Below, in pieces: positions 56,706 to 64,000 of a DNA stretch of 64,000 nucleotides. Both the position numbers and the translations under genes were made by a program. A model generated the notes under the pieces. The model saw nothing but the letters and a program-made list of their open reading frames with translations, had not been told where the DNA came from and made no database searches. The stretch comes from Planctomycetota bacterium. GTDB taxonomy: Bacteria > Planctomycetota > B15-G4 > SIAN01. Each line of letters begins with the position of its first letter. Position 1 is the first letter of the stretch. The stretch lies in the NCBI GenBank assembly GCA_031409275.1, contig JANNXA010000055.1, positions 288,001 to 352,000 on the forward strand, given 5' to 3'.

Positions 56706-59681
56706 ATGCTGAAGCACTTCGCAGTTCCATCACTCGTCGCTGCGCTCGCCCTGGGGGCGAGTGCGCAGTCAACGACGACATCGACGATCGGCTCGTTCGT
56801 GAGCGGGGAGCGACCCTACTACCTTGAGGTCGACCAGTTCGCTGACAACCAGCCGTACACGGTCAAGTTCATGAACCTGCCGGCGGGTGCCACCGACGTC
56901 ACGCTCTACCTCTCGCCGAAGATCGTCGTGGTCAAGCACCCCGATGCTTCCGCGCCGGGCAACTTCGGCATCGACCTCGCCTCGGCCACCACCATCAAGG
57001 TCACGGGCAGCAGCTACAGCGGCACCGTCAACGGCGCCACCTGCAACGGCCCGATGTACATGCAGGGCTACTTCAAGACCGCGGCCGGCGGCCGCCTCAC
57101 CTCGCTGGTCGAGCTGTTCCCCGACAGCGCGCTGACGTCGCCTCCGTCGCAATCGATCTCGTTCCCGCTGCCGCTGGTGACGCAGGAAGTCCTGCGCCCC
57201 GGCAAGAAGGGGGTCGACCGGACCGCCCAGGCGGTGCGTGTCGGCGTGCCGCTGCCAAAGGGACAGGTCTTCGAGAAGAACGGCGTCCCGCAGATGACCC
57301 TCACCGGCGGCCCGAAGGAGGGGCAGTTCTCGACGCTCGCCAAGTGGAGCGACGGCAGCTGCAAGTGGGTGCTCGCCGAGTACCGCGCCGACGTTCTGGC
57401 CGGCCAGACCAACAGCTCGATCAAGGTCGACAAGGGCACCGGCAACTTCGGCGGTTCCGACCTCGCGACCGTCAGCGGCACGGTGACGACCGTCGACACC
57501 GGCGCGATGAAACTGACCATCGACTCGAGCAAGCCCGATCTCTTCCAGTCGCTGCAGGCGAACGGCCGCGACCTGATCTCGACCTCCGCCGGCAACAAGC
57601 CCCACTTCTGGGACGACAAGGACGTCGAGTGGACCTGGCACAAGACGTCGGTCAAGACGCGGCGCAACGGACCGGTCCGCAGCGAGATCGAGGTGGACGG
57701 CATGTTCACCCGCTCGTCGTCGGCGACCGACGCCGACCGGATCCTGGTTCGCTTCTACCTCGAAGCGGCGAAGGGCTCGTCCGCGCTGCGCGCGACGGTG
57801 TCCCTGCGCGACACCAGCATCCAGTTCCCCGAGCACCTGATGTTCCGCGGCTTCACCTACCGCCTGCAGTTGAACGAGTCGGGCCCGTTCGACGTGCGCA
57901 TGCCCAAGCCGGCGCTGCTCGGTGACGCGGTCACCTTGCACAGCGGCTCGATCGGCAGCGGGCAGGATGCGGCCTTCGTCAGCGGCTACGTGCGCCGCTC
58001 CGACTATCGCCTGCAGACCGACCCGAACTCCTCGTCGCACTACGGCTTCGTCCAGCGCAACGGCGCCGACGACTTCGCCGTCGAAGGCGTCTGCGCGCGC
58101 ATCGGCAGCACGAACTTCTGCGGCTCTTCGGCGACCAACTGGTTCTCCGCGGAAGGCGAGTTCTCCGACCCGTCGTTCGTCGAGCTCAACTCGCAGTCGT
58201 CCGGCCGCGGCACGGTCTTCGGCATCGAGCACGCCTGCCGGACCTGGCCGGTGAGCATGGAAGCCGGCGGCGACGGACGCGTCGAGATCGGCCTGCTGCC
58301 GCGCAAGAAGTCGAGCGACACCTACCTCTATCCGCTGACCTACGCCAGCGCGGAGACGCGCAGCTTCTATCTCTCCTTCGAGACCGCGCGCGCCGCGGAC
58401 CCCTTCGCGGTGGCGACGAGCTTCGACTACCCGGTCGTCGCCCGCGCCGACCTCTTCGCCTACAACCAGGCGCAGGTGTGGCCGTGGAACCTCGTCTCGG
58501 AAGCGGACGCGAAGAGCTACCAGACCTTCGCCAACATCCGCACGACCCAGCCCGACAAGTCCGATCCGGCCCGCACCAACTATCGCTTCGCGGGCGGCAC
58601 CGGCGGCGGCAACAACAACTGGGAGGAGACGCGCCGCTTCTACCACTGGCTGCGCACCGGCAACGGCGGCTCGTACTTCAGCTCGCTGTTCGAGGCGTAC
58701 TACAAGGTCGACAAGATGGCCTGGAACATCGATGACGGCCGCCTGGCCGATCGCCAGAAGATCCGCAACTCGACCGCCAAGGTGACGCGCAAGTCGGACA
58801 TGTACGACGGCAGCAAGCACACCTTCTTCCAGGCGGTCCCCGACTGGGCCTTCGCCCGCGGCGAGACCTACCTGCTCGACGCCGCCAAGCCGCTGGCGGA
58901 GACGATCCTCGACAAGTCGATCTCGCCGAACGTGCAGCCGAACGGCAACTTCGTGCAAGGCACCTACGGCGCGGTCACGGATGCCGCGTGCGCCGCACTC
59001 GCGCTCGGCCCCAATCAGGAGCTCGAGGACTGGCTGCACCTGATCATGTACCAGTGGGCGAACGTGGTCTTCCAGCAGAGCAACAGCTTCGGAGTGAACA
59101 CCGGCACGCTCGGCTGGCAGGCGCCGGTCGGCACGCCGGAAGGCAGCGCGACCAACCCCGACGGCTACATGATCACGTGGTCGGCCGGCAAGGCCTCCGA
59201 CAAGGCGAAGTACGGCTACATGTCGCAGATCTGGACCGACCTGCGCGGCAACTCGCTCGCCTTCAAGAACTACTCGCACTTCCTCGCCGAGAAGGCGCCG
59301 ACCGATCCGCTGCTCTCCGACCTGCTCTACCGCTCGGCGGACATGTACCACTACGCGCGCCGCGGCCTGATCGATGACCACAACCGCAACACCGGCGACT
59401 ACTACATCACCGACGTCTTCGCCGGCGACGCGGGCAACAGCAAGCCCAACCCGCTCTCAGCTCCGGGCGCCTTCATCGACAAGCCCAACACCAGCGGCTA
59501 CTCGAACCAGAGCATCGTCAACTTCCTCCTCGACTTCCGCGCGAGCGAGTCGGCCTACAGCTACGGGGTCGAGCTGAACCGCAGCATGTCGGAGACGACC
59601 TACCAGCACATGGTGAACGACCCGATCCTGAACGACTTCATCTATCGCTACCTGGTGCACTACGGCGTCATCAAGCCGTGA
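56706..59681 (+). CDS. Large secreted protein, PcRGLX/YetA-like paralog 2
   Basis: GGAGG upstream, signal ending ASA-Q, collinear with paralog 1 along its whole length. Confidence 0.7.
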   Translation: MLKHFAVPSLVAALALGASAQSTTTSTIGSFVSGERPYYLEVDQFADNQPYTVKFMNLPAGATDVTLYLSPKIVVVKHPDASAPGNFGIDLASATTIKVTGSSYSGTVNGATCNGPMYMQGYFKTAAGGRLTSLVELFPDSALTSPPSQSISFPLPLVTQEVLRPGKKGVDRTAQAVRVGVPLPKGQVFEKNGVPQMTLTGGPKEGQFSTLAKWSDGSCKWVLAEYRADVLAGQTNSSIKVDKGTGNFGGSDLATVSGTVTTVDTGAMKLTIDSSKPDLFQSLQANGRDLISTSAGNKPHFWDDKDVEWTWHKTSVKTRRNGPVRSEIEVDGMFTRSSSATDADRILVRFYLEAAKGSSALRATVSLRDTSIQFPEHLMFRGFTYRLQLNESGPFDVRMPKPALLGDAVTLHSGSIGSGQDAAFVSGYVRRSDYRLQTDPNSSSHYGFVQRNGADDFAVEGVCARIGSTNFCGSSATNWFSAEGEFSDPSFVELNSQSSGRGTVFGIEHACRTWPVSMEAGGDGRVEIGLLPRKKSSDTYLYPLTYASAETRSFYLSFETARAADPFAVATSFDYPVVARADLFAYNQAQVWPWNLVSEADAKSYQTFANIRTTQPDKSDPARTNYRFAGGTGGGNNNWEETRRFYHWLRTGNGGSYFSSLFEAYYKVDKMAWNIDDGRLADRQKIRNSTAKVTRKSDMYDGSKHTFFQAVPDWAFARGETYLLDAAKPLAETILDKSISPNVQPNGNFVQGTYGAVTDAACAALALGPNQELEDWLHLIMYQWANVVFQQSNSFGVNTGTLGWQAPVGTPEGSATNPDGYMITWSAGKASDKAKYGYMSQIWTDLRGNSLAFKNYSHFLAEKAPTDPLLSDLLYRSADMYHYARRGLIDDHNRNTGDYYITDVFAGDAGNSKPNPLSAPGAFIDKPNTSGYSNQSIVNFLLDFRASESAYSYGVELNRSMSETTYQHMVNDPILNDFIYRYLVHYGVIKP

Positions 59682-59727
59682 GCCGCCCCGCCCACCGAAA
59701 GGCGCAATGAACGACTGAACGAGCCAA

Positions 59728-59758
59728 GCGCCCGCGCCGGAACTCCCGGCGCGGGCGC
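59728..59758. terminator. GC-rich hairpin between convergent genes
   Basis: GCGCCCGCGCCGG-AACTC-CCGGCGCGGGCGC, a perfect 13-bp stem. Confidence 0.7.
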
Positions 59759-59766
59759 GCGGCGTT

Positions 59767-61140
59767 TCAGCGACGCAGCCGCGCCAGCAGCCGCGCCTTG
59801 ACGCTGGTCATCGCGACCCGCTCCGCCGCATCGAAGCGCTCGGACGAGAGGAAGAGCGGCGCCGTTTCGGGCCGCTCGGGCAGCCGGCCATGCGAGCCGC
59901 GCGCGAGCCCGGGGTCGAGCGAGATCGCCTTCATCAGGTAGCGAAAGCCCAGCTTCTTCTTCAGCAGCGTGGCCGCGAGCTTCAGCTTCAGGAAGCGGTC
60001 GCCCGGCGAGAAGAAGAGTTCGCTCGGGTCGTAGCCGGGCTTGCGATGGATGTCGACGGTCGGCGCGAAGTCGGGCGCGAGCGCGTCGTCGAACCAGTAG
60101 TGGTAGGCGAAGAAGCGATCGCGCGCGCTGATCGCGACGAGCTCGCCCGAGCGCTCGTGGTCGAGCCCCGCCGCGCGCTTGCCCTCGGCATCGAGCACGC
60201 GATCGATTCCGGCGGTCCGCTCGAGCAGCACCTTCACCGCGGCCACATCGACCGCGCGGCGCACGTAGACGTGAGCGACCTGGTGGTCGGCAACCGCAAA
60301 GGCGCGCGAGCCGCCTGGATCGAGCAGTTCGCCAAACGGAGTGGTGCGCACGGAGAGGTAGCCGTCATGGCGCAGGACGCGGTTGATCGCCACGGCACCG
60401 GTCACGGCATCGATGCCGTACTCGCTCACGACCACCACCGAGCGGCCTTGGGCGCGCGCCACGTCGATCAGCTTCCCCGCCTCGGCATCGACGGCCGCGA
60501 CCTGCGCCGGGATGCGCGCGTCAGCGGGTCCAAAGCGCTGAAGGTCGTAGTCGAGGTGCGGCAGGTAGACCAGCGCGAGGTCGGGATCGCTGCGCAAGAG
60601 GACGCGCTTGGCCGCCTCGGCGATCCAGCGCGTCGAGAGGATCGACGCGGTCGGGCCCCAGAAGTGGAACAGCGGAAAGGTGCCGAGCTCGGCGGTGAGC
60701 TCGTCGCGCAACGACGGCGGATCCGATTGGCAGTCGGGAATCTTGCGTCCATCGGCGGGGTAGAGCGGCCGCGGCGTGAGGCTCTGCGTCGCACCCGAGT
60801 GGAGATTGAACCACCAGAAGAGGTTCGCGGTCGTCGTCGGCGGCGTCGCCACGGCCAGTTCGGCCAGCAGCTTGTCGCCCTGCACGAGGTGATTGCTCTG
60901 CCGCCACAACCACACTTCGGCGAGGTCGCGGAAATACCAGCCGTTGGCGACGATGCCGTGGGTGCGAGGCAGCGCGCCGGTGAGGAGCGTCGCCTGCGCG
61001 GTGCAGGTCACCGCCGGCAGCACCCCATCCATCGGCGCGACGAAGCCCTCCTTGGCCAGCGCCGCGAGGCGTGGCGCGTGCGGAAGCAGGTCGAGCGTCA
61101 GGCCGACCACGTCGATCACCAGCAGCTTGCGATTCGCCAT
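59767..61140 (-). CDS. Alkaline-phosphatase-superfamily nucleotide pyrophosphatase/phosphodiesterase (EboF-like)
   Basis: VIDVVGL, LPAVTCTAQAT, HGIVANGWYFR, YLPHLDYDLQR, VSEYG, VDIHRKPGYDP, GSHGR. Confidence 0.85.
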   Translation of the reverse strand: MANRKLLVIDVVGLTLDLLPHAPRLAALAKEGFVAPMDGVLPAVTCTAQATLLTGALPRTHGIVANGWYFRDLAEVWLWRQSNHLVQGDKLLAELAVATPPTTTANLFWWFNLHSGATQSLTPRPLYPADGRKIPDCQSDPPSLRDELTAELGTFPLFHFWGPTASILSTRWIAEAAKRVLLRSDPDLALVYLPHLDYDLQRFGPADARIPAQVAAVDAEAGKLIDVARAQGRSVVVVSEYGIDAVTGAVAINRVLRHDGYLSVRTTPFGELLDPGGSRAFAVADHQVAHVYVRRAVDVAAVKVLLERTAGIDRVLDAEGKRAAGLDHERSGELVAISARDRFFAYHYWFDDALAPDFAPTVDIHRKPGYDPSELFFSPGDRFLKLKLAATLLKKKLGFRYLMKAISLDPGLARGSHGRLPERPETAPLFLSSERFDAAERVAMTSVKARLLARLRR

Positions 61141-61310
61141 GGCGCGCATGATCGCCGCCCCGGCGTCCGCCCGGAAGCGTCGCGGCGCATCGACCCACGC
61201 ATGGACAGGGGCCCGCCGGCTCCGTCCAATCGCCCGTGGACGATCGGGACCCGGCCCATTCCGGGAGTGGACCTCGCCACTTCTTGCGCTCGCTGCAACC
61301 AAGGAGAGCG

Positions 61311-61901
61311 GTGGAAGACGACCGCGCGCTGGCCGAGGCGGCTTCGCGCGGCGATCGCGTCGCGTTCGACCAGTTGGTCGACCGCTACCTCGATCGCACG
61401 CTGCGCATCTGCGTCCGACTCCTCGGCAACTACGAGGATGCGGAGGACGCCGTGCAGGAGACCTTCGCCCGCGCCTGGTCGCGGCTGAAGAGCTTCGCCG
61501 GTCGCTCGACCTTCGGCACCTGGGTCACCACGATCGCGCTGCGCCACTGCACCGACGTCGACCGCGCGCGCAAGAGCCGCCGCCGCCACGTGCGCGAGCT
61601 GCCCGCCGACTTCGACGCCGACCGCGATGGAGCCGCCTCGCGCGCCGCGACTCCGCCCCGCGCGGTCGAGCAACGCGAACTGCTGCTGCAGGTCGAGGGA
61701 GCGCTGGCCCGACTGCCGACGCGGCTGCGCACGGCGCTGACGTTGCGCACCATCGAGGGGCTCGAGTACGAGGAAGTCGCGCGCACGATGGGCACGTCAA
61801 TCCGCTCCGCGCGCCTCTACGTCTGGGAAGCGCGTCAACGGTTGACGCGCGAACTCGAACTCGGACCCGCAACGCGCCCCGCTTCCGAGGAGCGCCCATG
61901 A
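61311..61901 (+). CDS. ECF RNA polymerase sigma-70 factor
   Basis: AAGGAG SD, DAEDAVQETF, STFGTWVTTIA, LARLPTRLR...GLEYEEVA. Confidence 0.9.
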   Translation: MEDDRALAEAASRGDRVAFDQLVDRYLDRTLRICVRLLGNYEDAEDAVQETFARAWSRLKSFAGRSTFGTWVTTIALRHCTDVDRARKSRRRHVRELPADFDADRDGAASRAATPPRAVEQRELLLQVEGALARLPTRLRTALTLRTIEGLEYEEVARTMGTSIRSARLYVWEARQRLTRELELGPATRPASEERP

Positions 61902-63730
61902 GCCGCTGCCGCCACGCGCGCGACCTGCACGACTACGTCGACCGCGAGCTGCCGCTCGACGCCGCGCTCGCCTTCGAGGCGCACCTCGATTCCTGCGCGA
62001 GCTGCCGCGCCGAACTCGCCGCGGCGCGCGCGCTCGACGACGCATTGCTGGCGCTGCCGCGGCCGCGCCTCGCCACCGCCGATCGCCAACGGCTGCGCGC
62101 AGCGATCGCAACCCGCATCGATGCTCCGACCGGAAGCGCGCGACCGATCGATCGCCCCAGCCTGCGTCGCCTGGCGCCACTCGCCGCGGCGGCGGCCGCG
62201 CTGGCGGCCGGCGTCACGCTGTTCGTGCTGCTGCGCGCGCCGCCGCGCGCCAACCCGCCGACCCCGACCCCCTCGGCCACCCCCAACTCCGCGGGCTCCC
62301 AAGCTGCGACCGCCCCGGCGACGCCCGCCAGCCTCTTCGCCGTCGCCCCCAACGACGCCGGCCGCGCCGATGTGCACTCCGAAGTGGCCGCGATCCTCCG
62401 CCAATTGGCGAAAGGCCACGCTGCCGCCGAAGGGGGCGAGCTCCTGACCAACTTCCTCGTCGCGATCGAGCCGCTGCGCCAGCGTGGGTTGCCCATCGCG
62501 TCGACGCTGCTCGCGCTCCTCCACGACGAGGATGGCGAGCTCGCCACGACCGGCGCGCAACTCCTCGCCACCGCCGTCGTCGCGGGAACCGTCCGTCGCG
62601 ACGAGCCTGGGCTGATCGCCACGCTCGACCGCGCGCTGCGCCGGGCGGACCGCGCGACCGCGATGCTGCACGCGCTCGAGGCGATCGGCACTCGCGGCGC
62701 CTACGAAGCGATCGTGAACGCTGCGGCGATCCCGAACCTGCGCGAGCCGGTGCTCTTCGCTCTTGCCGGGGCCGGACGGGCCGACACGCGCGAAGCGCTG
62801 CAACGCTGCCTGATCGAGCTGCTGCGCGGACGGCCCACCGACGTCGCGCTGGCCGAGCGCGTCGTCGCGCGCCTCGCGATTCGCAACGTCGAGTCGCTGC
62901 AACTGCTGGCGGCGCTCGCACGCGCTGGCCTCACGCCAGCGCTCGTCGACGAACGGCTCGAGCGCACTGCCGCCACGGCACGCCCGCTGCTCGCGGCCGC
63001 GCTGCGCGGCGACGATCCAGCGGCGCGCCGCGACGCCCTTTCGCTGGCGCCGCGGGCCGGCGACCCCACGCTTGCCGACGCGATCGTCGACGCCGCGATC
63101 GCCTACGAAGAGGGCGCCGCCGCGCTCGCGGCATTGCGCGCGCTCGGCGGTACCCCCGCCCTGCTCGCCGTCGCCCGCTGGAAGAGCGCCAGCGTGCCGA
63201 CGAAGTCGCTGTCGCAGCTCGGCGAGGAGTGCTTCGCCGCGATCGCAGCGGCGACCCCTCCAGCCGATCTGGCGCAGGCGGTCGCCGACGTCGGCGGCAT
63301 GACGCCGCGCATCGCGCTCGCGTTCGCCGACCTCGCCATCACCGCCGGCGGCGCGGGTGGCCCGCCGTTGCGCGCCGCGCTCCTCGACCATCCGCTCTCG
63401 ACCGGCGAGTTGCGCGCACGCGCCGCGCTGGCGATCGCGCGCGGCCACGAGCCGTTCGCGCCGGAGCGCGCGCTCGCGCTGCTGACGGCGCTCGCGCCTG
63501 AACTCGTCGACGACGCGAATGCCGATGGCGGGCTCGCCGGCGCGCTGCTCGTGCTGCTCTACGAGCATGGCCGCGAAGCGGAGCTGACGCGCGGGCTCGC
63601 GGCACTCGGCTGGACCAAGTCGCGCGCTCAGGTCGCGCGGCTCGCGGCGGCCGCGCGGCGCATCCTCGACGAGCGTTCGCTCGACCGCAGCGTGGAGCGC
63701 CTCGACACGCTGCTCGCGCTTGGCCCGTAG
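61898..63730 (+). CDS. zf-HC2 anti-sigma factor with TM segment and extracytoplasmic HEAT-like repeats
   Basis: ATGA overlap with the sigma gene, HLDSCASC, TM LAAAAAALAAGVTLFVLL, Pro linker, helical repeats. Confidence 0.85.
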   Translation: MSRCRHARDLHDYVDRELPLDAALAFEAHLDSCASCRAELAAARALDDALLALPRPRLATADRQRLRAAIATRIDAPTGSARPIDRPSLRRLAPLAAAAAALAAGVTLFVLLRAPPRANPPTPTPSATPNSAGSQAATAPATPASLFAVAPNDAGRADVHSEVAAILRQLAKGHAAAEGGELLTNFLVAIEPLRQRGLPIASTLLALLHDEDGELATTGAQLLATAVVAGTVRRDEPGLIATLDRALRRADRATAMLHALEAIGTRGAYEAIVNAAAIPNLREPVLFALAGAGRADTREALQRCLIELLRGRPTDVALAERVVARLAIRNVESLQLLAALARAGLTPALVDERLERTAATARPLLAAALRGDDPAARRDALSLAPRAGDPTLADAIVDAAIAYEEGAAALAALRALGGTPALLAVARWKSASVPTKSLSQLGEECFAAIAAATPPADLAQAVADVGGMTPRIALAFADLAITAGGAGGPPLRAALLDHPLSTGELRARAALAIARGHEPFAPERALALLTALAPELVDDANADGGLAGALLVLLYEHGREAELTRGLAALGWTKSRAQVARLAAAARRILDERSLDRSVERLDTLLALGP

Positions 63731-63835
63731 CCACGGCGCGCGACGCGTGCATGGACGTGCGAGCGCGATCTCCGTCTCACGTTGATGCACGCGACCACCG
63801 GGCTCTCCGGTGCGCGCGAGCGCTTGGAGGATCCG

Positions 63836-64000
63836 ATGGTGCTCACGTCGTGGCTCGCTGCCGCACTCCTGTCCGCTGCGCCGTTGTCCGGGAACGATGA
63901 GCAAGGCGCCGGCGCGCGCCGCCCGCTGGTGCTGCAGCGCCACTCGATCTCGGCGCTCACTCACGCGAGCGTGTCGCCTTGCGCCGCGCTCAACCTGCTG
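63836..64000 (+). CDS. 5' end of an exported protein (truncated by window edge)
   Basis: GGAGG SD, MVLTSWLAAALLSAAP signal-like start, frame open to the window end. Confidence 0.5.
   Translation, partial: MVLTSWLAAALLSAAPLSGNDEQGAGARRPLVLQRHSISALTHASVSPCAALNLL

Noticed and set aside
53533..59681. Recent duplication, DGR target pair or assembly artefact
   Set aside because: The copies diverge throughout with many synonymous and amino-acid changes. No adenine-specific pattern or reverse transcriptase was seen.

Overview
This is a high-GC (about 70% by eye) bacterial chromosomal segment. The DUF1501/DUF1800 pair, the ECF sigma factors with zf-HC2 anti-sigmas and the many HEAT and VWA proteins suggest an uncultured Planctomycetota lineage (inference). 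About 42 genes can be supported. They include the end of a nuo operon (nuoM, nuoN), pepP, nadE, a leucyl aminopeptidase, a sahR-like regulator with metH, two ECF/anti-sigma pairs, a two-component system, four secreted or membrane VWA proteins and two tandem ~1000-aa paralogous secreted proteins resembling PcRGLX/YetA lyases. I saw no rRNA, tRNA, CRISPR array or transposase. Best leads: (1) a cobalamin riboswitch whose SD-sequestering hairpin precedes an unannotated 53-codon leader ORF, coupled to a secreted beta-propeller gene and followed by a BtuF-like gene, with no BtuB/BtuCD in the window; (2) a ~17 kb cluster of four VWA genes with a two-component system, an ECF and an anti-sigma-YfbK fusion, sharing GAACTT-N16-TC promoter motifs; (3) a ~110-aa accessory domain that appears C-terminally, N-terminally and as an orphan relic; (4) a family of 160-180 bp hairpin elements, one a clean MITE with a CTAA target duplication. 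All family assignments come from motif recognition, not database searches.
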